From an uncultured Actinomycetota bacterium (GTDB taxonomy: Bacteria > Actinomycetota > Actinomycetes > JAFAQI01): 64,000 nucleotides of DNA. The stretch covers positions 608,001 to 672,000 of the forward strand of contig CAVYQE010000011.1 of assembly GCA_963770565.1 (NCBI GenBank). Direction: 5' to 3'. The translations under genes and the position numbers were made by a program. Shown here in pieces: positions 21,121 through 29,648 of this stretch. The notes under the pieces were generated by a model. The model had not been told where the DNA came from. It ran no database searches and saw only the letters and a list, made by a program, of their open reading frames with translations. Within the stretch, counting starts at the first letter, position 1. The number at the start of each line of letters is the position of its first letter.

Positions 21121-22065
21121 TCAGTGGATCGAGCCGTCACGATCGCGCAGGGCCCCGGGGGTCCGACCGGTGCTGACCGCCAAGGCCTCGGCCAGGATCG
21201 ACAGCGCAATCTCCGGTGGGGTGCGCCCGCCGAGGTCCAGCCCGGCCGGGCCGTGGATCCGGTCGAGATCGGTGATGCCGCGGTCGGCCAGCCACTGCGC
21301 CCTGGCGCGTTGGGTGTGCCGCGAGCCGAGGGCACCGATGTAGCCGACGTCGCCTGCGAGCGCCGCCTCGAGGGCCGGGCCGGCCAGGTCGTGGTCGTGG
21401 CTGATGACGACGACCTTGTCGATGCCGGCGAGACCGCTGATCAGCCCGGTCGCGGTGTTGACGTCGACCACGGTCTGGGTGTGCCAGCCCAGCAGGTCGG
21501 CGGCCGCGGTCAGCGCCTCGGCGATTGCGCCCGCGCCGGTGACGATGAGGGTGGGGACCGGCCAGAGGACAGTGATCACCTCGCCGTCGGTGACGGTCGT
21601 CGCGCTGGTCGCGCGGCCGAACAGCTGCGCCGCGTCCTCGCCCGCGGCATCGATCGTCGCCGCCGTGAACAGATCGGTGCCGACCACCCGGTCGCCGTCG
21701 AGATGAGTGACGAGGCAGACCGGGTCGCGGTTGCGCAGCTGCTCCCAGAGCTCGGCCGGCAGGTCCGAGGCGGAGACGAGCAGGCAGCGCGCATCGCCAC
21801 CGCACGACAGGCCGGCGATGCCGGCGTCGAGATCCCCGACGTGCAGATCGACCAGCCGGCCCGCCATGCTCTCCGCGGCCAGCGTCGCGAGCTGGTCGTT
21901 GAGGGCCCCCGACAGGACCGACCCGACCCGGCCGCCGCCCGGGGTCAGGGCCAGTGCCTCGGTGTTGTCCCGCGCGCTGAACCCGCGGGTCTCGACCGCC
22001 CATGCGACATCGACCTTGGTGCCGGCGCGCAGACACGCGGCAACCGTCAACGCAATCTCATACAC
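21121..22065 (-). CDS. xdhC: XdhC/CoxI family molybdenum-cofactor chaperone
   Basis: GLSCGG, GAGAIA, YIGALGSR, IHGPAGLDLGGRTPPEIALSILAE; TAGGCT -10 just before GTG 22065. Confidence 0.88.
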   Translation of the reverse strand: MYEIALTVAACLRAGTKVDVAWAVETRGFSARDNTEALALTPGGGRVGSVLSGALNDQLATLAAESMAGRLVDLHVGDLDAGIAGLSCGGDARCLLVSASDLPAELWEQLRNRDPVCLVTHLDGDRVVGTDLFTAATIDAAGEDAAQLFGRATSATTVTDGEVITVLWPVPTLIVTGAGAIAEALTAAADLLGWHTQTVVDVNTATGLISGLAGIDKVVVISHDHDLAGPALEAALAGDVGYIGALGSRHTQRARAQWLADRGITDLDRIHGPAGLDLGGRTPPEIALSILAEALAVSTGRTPGALRDRDGSIH

Positions 22066-22121
22066 ACCGGTGAGCCTAAGGTCGAACCGCTGCGACCGCG
22101 CAGTCATCGAGGGAGGTCGGG

Positions 22122-24182
22122 GTGGATCCCCGTCACGCCGTACTGTTCGAGCCGATCCGGATCGGGCCGAAGACCCTGCCGAACCGCTTCTATCAAGTGC
22201 CGCACGCGTCGGGCTTCGGGGTGACCGAACCGCGCAGTCAGGCCGCGTTCCGGGCGATCAAAGCCGAGGGCGGCTGGGGCGGTGTGTGTGTCGAGTACGC
22301 ACCGGTGACCGCGGACTCCGAGGAAACTCCCGCGGTCGCGGCGACGTTCTGGGACGACGATGACGCCGACGCATTGCAGCTGGTCGTCGACGCGGTGCAC
22401 GCGCACGGTGCGCTGGTCGGTCTCGAGCTGTTCCACGGCGGGTCGAGCAGCGAGAACGGCAAGTCGCGGGCGGTCCGGGTCGCCCCGAGCCAGGCGGCCG
22501 CGGAGCTGCAGTGGGCCGGCCTGGCGAAGGAGATGGACCTCGACGACATCGTCCGGATCCGCACCGCCTGGGTGGATGCGGCCCGCCGGGCCCGCGACAC
22601 CGGCTTCGACATCGTGTACGTCTACGGCGCCCACGGTTATCTGCTCACCCAGTTCTTCTCGCCGGCCTCGAACCTGCGCACCGACGGGTACGGCGGTTCG
22701 CTGGCCGGTCGCGGCCGGTTCTGGCTCGAGACCCTCGAGGCGGTGCGGAACGCGGTCGGTGCCGACTGCGCGATCGCTTCCCGGATTCCGGTGCACGGCG
22801 GCTCGGGCCTGCCGGGCATCGAGGTCGACGAGATGGTGCAACTCGTTGCGCTTGCCGAGGACCTGGTCGACCTGTTCGACGTCAATGTCGGGAGTTGGCC
22901 CGAGGACTCGGGGACGTCGCGCTACTTCCCCGAGGGCTATCAGCGGCGCTGGACCGATCAGGTCCGGGCCGCAACGACGAAGCCGATCGTCGGCGTCGGC
23001 CGCTACACCTCGCCGGACCTGATGGCCGACGTCGTACGGTCCGGAGCGCTGGACATCATCGGCGCGGCCCGGCCGGCGATCGCGGATCCGTTCCTGCCGC
23101 GCAAGATTGCCGACGGCCGGCTGGCGGAGATCCGCGAGTGCACGGGCTCGAACGTATGCATCGCACGCGAGGAGTCCTACCGTCACGTCGGCTGTATCCA
23201 GAATGCGACCGCCGGGGAGGAGTATCGGCGCGGTTGGCATCCCGAGGTGTTCCTGGCCGCCGCGAACAACGAACAGTCGGTCCTCGTGGTCGGTGCGGGT
23301 CCGGCCGGCATGGAGTGCGCGATCGTGCTGGGCAAGCGCGGCTTCGCCGTGCATCTCGTCGACGCCGCGGCCGCGATCGGCGGGAGATTGCGGTGGATCA
23401 GGCAGCTTCCGACGTTGGGCGACTGGGGCCGGATCGTCGATTGGCGTTCGGTGCAGCTGGCGTCCCTCGGCCAGGTCGAGGTCATCACCGGGCGCGGGCT
23501 CGACATCGGTTCGGTGCTGGGGTACGGCGCCGAGATCGTGGTGGTCGCCACCGGCTCGCACTGGCGGACCGATGGCGTCCAGCCGCATGGCGGCCAGACG
23601 ATCGCCGGTGCCGACAGTGACCGGCCGTGGGTACTGACGCCGGAGCAGGTGATGGTGGACGGCAAACGGCCGGCCGGTTCGCGGGTCGTCGTGTACGACG
23701 CCGACGGCTACTTCGTCGGGCCCGGTGTCGCCGAACTGTTGGCCGGCGAGGGTCGCGAGGTCGATCTGGTCACCTGCTACCCGGTCGTGTCGCCCGACTC
23801 GGACCCGACCTTGGAAGGCGACCTGCTGCGTCGCCACCTGCATGCCAACGGCATCCGGGTGCACCGAGGGGTGACGATCACTGCGGTGAGTGCCGAGGGG
23901 GTCAGCGGGCACGACGAGTTCGACCAGGCCTGGTCGGCACCGGCCGATGGGATCGTGCTGGTCACCCAGCAGCAATCGGACGACGCGCTGTATCACGCAC
24001 TGCGGGCGGCGCCCCACGCGTTGACCGAAGCAGGGATCCGCGCGGTGTACCGGATCGGCGACGCGGTCGCGCCTCGGGCGATCAGCGAAGTGATCTTCGA
24101 CGGTCATCGGCTCGCGCGCGAGATCGACCGGCCCGACCCCGCGCAGCCGCTGCCCTACCTGCGAGAGCGCACCCGCCGGTAG
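22122..24182 (+). CDS. Trimethylamine/histamine-dehydrogenase-like FMN/Fe-S oxidoreductase
   Basis: NRFYQVPH, KAEGGWG, VYVYGAHGYL, RTDGYGGS, ARPAIADP, CTGSNVC...CIQN, GAGPAG, IGDAVAP. Confidence 0.88.
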   Translation: MDPRHAVLFEPIRIGPKTLPNRFYQVPHASGFGVTEPRSQAAFRAIKAEGGWGGVCVEYAPVTADSEETPAVAATFWDDDDADALQLVVDAVHAHGALVGLELFHGGSSSENGKSRAVRVAPSQAAAELQWAGLAKEMDLDDIVRIRTAWVDAARRARDTGFDIVYVYGAHGYLLTQFFSPASNLRTDGYGGSLAGRGRFWLETLEAVRNAVGADCAIASRIPVHGGSGLPGIEVDEMVQLVALAEDLVDLFDVNVGSWPEDSGTSRYFPEGYQRRWTDQVRAATTKPIVGVGRYTSPDLMADVVRSGALDIIGAARPAIADPFLPRKIADGRLAEIRECTGSNVCIAREESYRHVGCIQNATAGEEYRRGWHPEVFLAAANNEQSVLVVGAGPAGMECAIVLGKRGFAVHLVDAAAAIGGRLRWIRQLPTLGDWGRIVDWRSVQLASLGQVEVITGRGLDIGSVLGYGAEIVVVATGSHWRTDGVQPHGGQTIAGADSDRPWVLTPEQVMVDGKRPAGSRVVVYDADGYFVGPGVAELLAGEGREVDLVTCYPVVSPDSDPTLEGDLLRRHLHANGIRVHRGVTITAVSAEGVSGHDEFDQAWSAPADGIVLVTQQQSDDALYHALRAAPHALTEAGIRAVYRIGDAVAPRAISEVIFDGHRLAREIDRPDPAQPLPYLRERTRR

Positions 24183-24249
24183 CCCGTTTCGGCCCCCGTG
24201 AGCGTGGCGTTGCTCCGAATGGATGCGGCATTTGCGCACTTCAGCCCCA

Positions 24250-24276
24250 TCAAGGCAGGCACCCAAACGTGACGAA
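24250..24276 (+). promoter_or_regulatory. sigma28-like promoter
   Basis: TCAAG-N16-GACGAA directly upstream of the HD-GYP gene. Confidence 0.4.
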
Positions 24277-24284
24277 AAGAGGAC

Positions 24285-26528
24285 GTGGAGGGCGATCGCT
24301 CGGCGACGAGCCCGGAGCCGCTGGAGCATCCACCGGCGGCTCCGGCTCCACTCGACCGTTGGGACGCCCGGCCGGTCGCGGCTGGGCTGCTGCGCGCCGG
24401 CATCCTGCTCGCCCCACTGGCGGCCAGCAGCGTGGCGCTGCTCGTTCTGTCGCATCTTTGGCGAGCCCCGGCCGGTGGCCGCGGCTGGTGGTACGCCGCC
24501 TTGGCGGTGACAGCGGTTCTCGTCGCCGCAGTCGTTGAGCGCGGCGCGCGCCGGTTACTGCCGTTGGCCAGCCTGCTCCGACTGACCATGCTGTTCCCGG
24601 ACCAGGCGCCCTCACGGATGCGCATCGCGCGCTCGGCCGGCACCACCGGGCAGCAGCTCGAGCGGCTGGCCCGCAGCGACGACGACACCGCACAGGTCGC
24701 CGCCGAGAAGGTCCTCGCCCTGATCACCGCGCTGGGCAACCACGACCGCAAGACGCGCGGCCACTCCGAACGAGTGCGGCTGTATTGCGACCTGCTGGCC
24801 GAGGCGCTGCATCTGCCACGGGCGGATCGAGATCGGCTGCGCTGGGCCGCCCTGCTCCACGACATCGGCAAGCTCGAGATCGCACCGGCCATCCTCAACA
24901 AGCCGGCCAAGCTCTCGCATCGCGAGTTCGCGCGGATCCGCCAGCATCCGACCGTCGGCGCCGAGATCGCCGCCCCCCTGCTGCCGTGGCTCGGTGAGTG
25001 GGGCGCGGGCATCGTCGATCACCACGAGCGATGGGACGGGAACGGTTACCCCGACGGCCGGACCGGCGCCGAGATCTCCCGTTCCGGCCGGATCGTCGGG
25101 TTGGTCGACTCGTTCGAGACGATGACCGCCGCCCGGGTCTACAAGAAGGCGATGACGACGCGCGCGGCCCGCACCGAACTGGCTGCGTGCGCTGGTACGC
25201 AGTTCGATCCCGACTATGTGCGGGCCTTCCTCGGAATCTCGTTGCCGAGGGTGCTGTGGGCGATGGGCCCGCTGGCTTTCGTCGTGCAGCTGCCATTCCT
25301 CCGCAGCCTCGCGAAGCTCGGGACCCAGGCGGGTCAGCTCCCGTTGCAAGGCGCGTCGACGGCTGGCGTCGCTGCGGCGGCGAGCGTCATCGGTGTGGCC
25401 GCGGTGCCGCCGCTGATCAGCACACCCGCGCACTCGCATTCGCATGCGCACTCCCATCCGTCGACCGTGACCGCCTCGCGGTCCGGGTCGGTCACCACGG
25501 GCGGGTCGGTCGACGGCACGAACGCGGTCGTGGGTGGCGCGCCGAACGGCGGCGCCGAGCCGGTGTCGGATCCGCGGACCGGCTCGGTGCCCGGCAGTCA
25601 GCCGGTGCCGACCTCCGGACCGGTCGGGCCGACGCAAGGGCAGCCGCCCGGCGGAACCACGCCGACCGGCCCCGGTGGTGCCGGTGGGGGCACCGGCGGC
25701 ACCGGATCAGGCGGCGGCGCGGGTCCGAGCCCGAGTGCGGGTCCTGGGCTGTTGATCAGCTCGACTACCGCGTACATCGTCGAGAACCTCGCCGCGACCG
25801 TCGACGTCCTCCGTTCCACGGTCGCCGAGGTCGAGGCATCGACCTTGAGCATCGCGGGGGGTCCGGCCAACGGCACCGCGACCGTGACCGACGGAGTGGT
25901 CAGCTACACCCCCGATCGCGGATTCGTCGGCGTCGACCACGTGAGCTACCAGGCATGCGACTCCGACGGCCGGTGCGGCGCTGCGGTGCTGACCGTCAAC
26001 GTCCTCGGTCCGCAGCAGGCCCACACCAACTACGACGGCGTCGACTTCGCCGGCATGGACCTGGCCGGCTTCAGCTTCGTCGGCGCGTCCCTCCGCGGTG
26101 CCGACTTCAGCGGGGCCACCCTCACCGGCGTGAGCTTCACCAACGCCGACCTCACCGACGCCGACCTGTCCGGCGCGACGGTGCACAACATGGTCGTCAA
26201 CGGGGCGACCCTGAGCGGAGCGAACCTCTCAGGTCTGTCAGGAGGGGTCGGGCCGCAGGTGAGTCCGATCAACCTCTCGGCCACGATCGGTCAGCCGGTG
26301 ACGATCGACGTGTCGAGCCTGGTCAGCGACCCGGACGCGCCGATCGACTGGTCGAGCTTGCAGATCACCGGCGGGCCCAAGCACGGTACGGCGCGGATCA
26401 CCGGCACCCACACGATCGTCTACACGCCGGCGGCCGGCTTGCTCAGCACCGACCAACTCAGCTTCTCGGTCGTGAACGTCCTGGGGTTCGGCTCGACCGG
26501 CACCGCGCACTTCGTCGCCGTTCTCTGA
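24285..26528 (+). CDS. Membrane HD-GYP phosphodiesterase fused to Ig-like (Big_9-type) and pentapeptide-repeat domains
   Basis: TRGHSERV, LHDIGK, HHERWDGNGYP, GTQFDP; then a hydrophobic segment, Pro/Gly linker, YTPDRGFVGVDHVSYQAC, ASLRGADFSGATLT repeats and a second Ig-like unit. Confidence 0.85.
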   Translation: MEGDRSATSPEPLEHPPAAPAPLDRWDARPVAAGLLRAGILLAPLAASSVALLVLSHLWRAPAGGRGWWYAALAVTAVLVAAVVERGARRLLPLASLLRLTMLFPDQAPSRMRIARSAGTTGQQLERLARSDDDTAQVAAEKVLALITALGNHDRKTRGHSERVRLYCDLLAEALHLPRADRDRLRWAALLHDIGKLEIAPAILNKPAKLSHREFARIRQHPTVGAEIAAPLLPWLGEWGAGIVDHHERWDGNGYPDGRTGAEISRSGRIVGLVDSFETMTAARVYKKAMTTRAARTELAACAGTQFDPDYVRAFLGISLPRVLWAMGPLAFVVQLPFLRSLAKLGTQAGQLPLQGASTAGVAAAASVIGVAAVPPLISTPAHSHSHAHSHPSTVTASRSGSVTTGGSVDGTNAVVGGAPNGGAEPVSDPRTGSVPGSQPVPTSGPVGPTQGQPPGGTTPTGPGGAGGGTGGTGSGGGAGPSPSAGPGLLISSTTAYIVENLAATVDVLRSTVAEVEASTLSIAGGPANGTATVTDGVVSYTPDRGFVGVDHVSYQACDSDGRCGAAVLTVNVLGPQQAHTNYDGVDFAGMDLAGFSFVGASLRGADFSGATLTGVSFTNADLTDADLSGATVHNMVVNGATLSGANLSGLSGGVGPQVSPINLSATIGQPVTIDVSSLVSDPDAPIDWSSLQITGGPKHGTARITGTHTIVYTPAAGLLSTDQLSFSVVNVLGFGSTGTAHFVAVL

Positions 26529-26560
26529 GCCGACCTCGCAGGCCGGCTCGCGTGACAGCG

Positions 26561-26998
26561 CTAGCGGTTGGCCGGCTTGAACGGGCGCGGTGGCGGGCTG
26601 AGGTCGGCGCGTGGGCAGGTTGCCAGCGACAGGCCGCCGAAGTTGAGCGCTTCGTCGCACAGGCTTGTGACGGTCATCCCGTGGTCGACTCCGAGCCGGG
26701 TGATGGTGGCCCGGTAGATGGTGATGTCGAAGCGGGTCGGCACGCCGTACGCGATCTGCATGGTGCCGAGCACCTCGGCGCCGCCGGCACCTCCGTCGAT
26801 TGCGGTCCACGGCGCGTCGTAGCGCCGCCAGATCGTGGGCTCGGACCACCACAGGCCGCCCATCCGCACGTCGCGCATCGCGAGCTCGACCAGCACCTGG
26901 CGCGCCGCTTGTTCGGGGACGACCGCCGCCGGCCGGATGACCTCGGTCACGACACCTTCGTCGTAGGCCTCGGTCAGTAGCATCTCGCGGTCTTCCAT
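26561..26998 (-). CDS. Hypothetical protein (145 aa)
   Basis: Globular-looking composition, AGGAG RBS upstream; no recognised motif. Confidence 0.65.
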   Translation of the reverse strand: MEDREMLLTEAYDEGVVTEVIRPAAVVPEQAARQVLVELAMRDVRMGGLWWSEPTIWRRYDAPWTAIDGGAGGAEVLGTMQIAYGVPTRFDITIYRATITRLGVDHGMTVTSLCDEALNFGGLSLATCPRADLSPPPRPFKPANR

Positions 26999-27023
26999 CG
27001 GTGCTCCTGAGCTGGTGGGCGAA

Positions 27024-27224
27024 GTTACGTCTCGTAACGTTCTTCGGCACCGCGATTAGCCCGATTGACAAATCCGGTCAATCTAACGGCCTAGTGGAGG
27101 CAATTTCCCCTCGCGAGCACGCAAATGAGCGTGCGGCGGCCCAGCCGCCCGCTCGTTTCGTTGTACATCCGTCACATTTCGGTTGTCCTTCCGTGACGGC
27201 ACGCCGCTAGACCTGAGTCAGGTC
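27024..27224. promoter_or_regulatory. Cluster of dyad-symmetric candidate operator sites
   Basis: GTTACG-tct-CGTAAC (27024-27038), GATTGAC-N7-GTCAATC (27063-27083), GACCTGA-g-TCAGGTC (27210-27224). Confidence 0.45.
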
Positions 27225-27309
27225 GTTCGCCTGGATCGAGGGCGGCGATTCGCGGTCCCGGTCGTTGGAGGATGCCCAGCGGCCGGGACTGTCGCGCTCC
27301 GCCGGATCG

Positions 27310-27382
27310 CTAGTGCCCCGTCTCCGAAGTCCTTTTGCCGCCTGCGGCATCGTGGCGAGGGACTTCGAAGACGGGACACTAG
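27310..27382. mobile_element. CTAG-bounded MITE-like element, short (73 bp) form
   Basis: Ends CTAGTGCCCCGTCTCCGAAGTCC ... GGACTTCGAAGACGGGACACTAG are inverted repeats; near-identical ends at 44515-44680. Confidence 0.8.
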
Positions 27383-29409
27383 CTCGCCAGGCAGTCGATG
27401 TAGTCCGTGGTGAGCACGAGCGGCAGAGCCGCGGGAAGCCCGAGGTGGTAGCCCTGGCCGTAGCGCACGCCGAGCGTTCTCAGGCTGCTGAGCTCGCCGG
27501 GCGTCTCGATGCCTTCGGCCACGATGCTGGCACCGATTTCGGCACCGAAGGCAAGCAACGAGGCGGCCAGCGCGCGCCGGGCCGGGTCCCGGTCGATGCC
27601 GCGAGTCAGGGCGAGATCGAGCTTGATCAGGTCCGGCCGCAGGTTGAGGATGTGGCGCAGGCTGGCGAAGCCGGCCCCGGCGTCGTCGACGGCGAGCCGC
27701 ACGCCGCTGGTGCGCAGCACGTGCAGGGCCGCGATGACCTCCTCGTAGTCGTCGACGCTCGCGTGTTCGGTCAGCTCCACGACAATTCGGTGCGCCGGCG
27801 CTCCGCTGAGCAGTCGTTGCAGTTGCGGTGAGAGGGCCGCGCTCGGTGAGACGTTGATCGACAGGTAGGAGCCGGCCGGCAGGTCGTTGAGCCTGCCGAG
27901 GGCAGCACCGACGGCAGCCAGCTCGAGATCGATGCCGAGGTCCTCGGTCGCGGCCTCGGCAAACCAGACGTCGGGCGTCGGGTTGGGATGTCCGGGGAAT
28001 CGCGCGAGCGCCTCGGCCCCGACGATCCGGCCGGTGTCGAGCGCCACGATCGGCTGGAAGACCATCGTGATGGCCTGGCGCTCGAGGATGTCGATGATCC
28101 GGTGCCGGCGCTGCGCTGCGGCGGTCGCGGCGGCGAGCTGTGCCGAGTGTGCGCGGGTGATGTCGGTCAGGCAGGTGATCACCGCTTCGACCGAGCCGTC
28201 CGGCGCGGTCGCCGCCGCGGTCCGCACCGACATCCAGGTCGGCTCGGCCGCCGGTGTGGTCACCCCGACGATCTCGTCGCGTTGCGGTTCGCCGGTCCGC
28301 ATCGTCTTCTGCGGCGGCGTCAGGGTGGTGTTCTTCCACGGGCTGCCGTCGGGTTGCAGGAGGCGAGCCCGGAAGTTCTCGAGCGCCGCGCCACCGCCTC
28401 GCTCATCTTCGTTGATCCCGAGGATGTCGAGCGCGGCTTGGTTGATGGCGACGAACTTCCCGTCGCGGTCCTGCATGAACACCCCGTCGACCATGTGGTG
28501 CAGCAAGGTGGTCTGGACCCGCTCGAGCTCATCGGTCCGGGCCAGCTGCGCGCGCAGCAGCTCGCCCTCCTCGGCCAGCCGGTGCTTCACCGCGCCGAAT
28601 TCTGCAAGCAGGGCAACGAGAACTGCCGCTGAGGACACGACGGTGAGACTGCGGCCGGCGTACCAACCGATGCTGTAACGCAGTTGCGAGAACAACGTGA
28701 GCACGGTGTCACCGGTTGCGGCGGTCGCGGCCACCGCGGCCCAGCGAGCCGGTCCCGGCCGTCGCGCTCCCGCGATCGCCACCGCGGTCGCGATCACGAC
28801 GACCGGGAGCATGTACGGCCCGACCCGATGCGTGAGTGGGGCGAGGCTGAGGCCATCGATGACACTCGGCAGCGACCCGATGCCGAGGACGATCGCGACC
28901 ACCACGGCGACGCCGATCGCGAACGAGCCACCGACCGTCTGCCAGACCAGCCGCCGACGTCGCGCGAGTGCCACTTCGGCGTCCCAGCGCCGCGGCCAGG
29001 GCGCGAGTGCGGCCCCGAGGAGGATCGGGAAGCCGGTATGCCAGGCGACCCAGAGCCACGGCGCGGTCGAGGGGTTGCTGCCCAACGGCGGGTGCGTGCT
29101 GATGACGCCGGGGAAGGCGGCGGAGTAGCCGCCGAGCAGGATCAGGGCGAAGACGTAAGCCCACGACAGCGCAAGTGAGCGTCGGTCGCCGGTGTCGCGG
29201 AACTGCTGGATGAGCAACAGGGCGGACATCAGGTCGAAGCAACCGACGATGGCGATCACCGCTACGGCGAAGCTCGGGTCCGATCCGGCCTGGATTCGCG
29301 AGAACGGCATGACCAGGGCGACGGTGAGGACCAGCACGGCGATCGCCGCCCCGACCCCGAGCGTGCGCGGTCGGGCCAGCGTGCCGGCGTCGTCGACGCT
29401 CGACGTCAT
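27379..29409 (-). CDS. MASE4-PAS-EAL c-di-GMP phosphodiesterase
   Basis: Multi-TM N-terminus with STAPWLWVAWHTGFP (MASE4-like), PAS segment (DGVFMQDRDGKFVAINQAA), FQPIV..GAEALARF, ELTEH, DDAGAGFASL, KLD, AEGIET. Confidence 0.88.
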   Translation of the reverse strand: MTSSVDDAGTLARPRTLGVGAAIAVLVLTVALVMPFSRIQAGSDPSFAVAVIAIVGCFDLMSALLLIQQFRDTGDRRSLALSWAYVFALILLGGYSAAFPGVISTHPPLGSNPSTAPWLWVAWHTGFPILLGAALAPWPRRWDAEVALARRRRLVWQTVGGSFAIGVAVVVAIVLGIGSLPSVIDGLSLAPLTHRVGPYMLPVVVIATAVAIAGARRPGPARWAAVAATAATGDTVLTLFSQLRYSIGWYAGRSLTVVSSAAVLVALLAEFGAVKHRLAEEGELLRAQLARTDELERVQTTLLHHMVDGVFMQDRDGKFVAINQAALDILGINEDERGGGAALENFRARLLQPDGSPWKNTTLTPPQKTMRTGEPQRDEIVGVTTPAAEPTWMSVRTAAATAPDGSVEAVITCLTDITRAHSAQLAAATAAAQRRHRIIDILERQAITMVFQPIVALDTGRIVGAEALARFPGHPNPTPDVWFAEAATEDLGIDLELAAVGAALGRLNDLPAGSYLSINVSPSAALSPQLQRLLSGAPAHRIVVELTEHASVDDYEEVIAALHVLRTSGVRLAVDDAGAGFASLRHILNLRPDLIKLDLALTRGIDRDPARRALAASLLAFGAEIGASIVAEGIETPGELSSLRTLGVRYGQGYHLGLPAALPLVLTTDYIDCLAS

Positions 29410-29523
29410 CGGGCCCTCATGTCTACCTACCGTCGCCGTTGCCTGCCTCGGTGCCGCTTTGATCGGGCGACTCCACGACTGCCCGATCCCGGCTGCGTAG
29501 TCCTGACAATCCGCACCTTTTGT

Positions 29524-29549
29524 ATCGGTCGAGCCGAAGTGTCCCTTGA
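29524..29549 (-). promoter_or_regulatory. sigma28-like promoter
   Basis: Minus strand TCAAG-N15-ACCGATAC upstream of the EAL gene. Confidence 0.45.
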
Positions 29550-29648
29550 CTCGCTGCTTGCCCCTTGATGACGCGGAGCGTCCCCGGGGATCGGCCGAAG
29601 ATGAGCGCTGCCAACGAATTACCAGGCGTCGCTGAGACCGCGCTCCGA

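Noticed and set aside
22104-24455. Long antisense or alternate-frame ORFs (e.g. 22104..24455 -, 42151..44145 +, 58160..60193 -, 24998..26980 +)
   Set aside because: These shadow ORFs are expected in high-GC DNA; they overlap well-supported genes and have no motifs
27024-27038. BldD box
   Set aside because: The arms (GTTAC/GTAAC) fit, but the inner positions do not match the consensus as I recall it; kept only as an unassigned dyad
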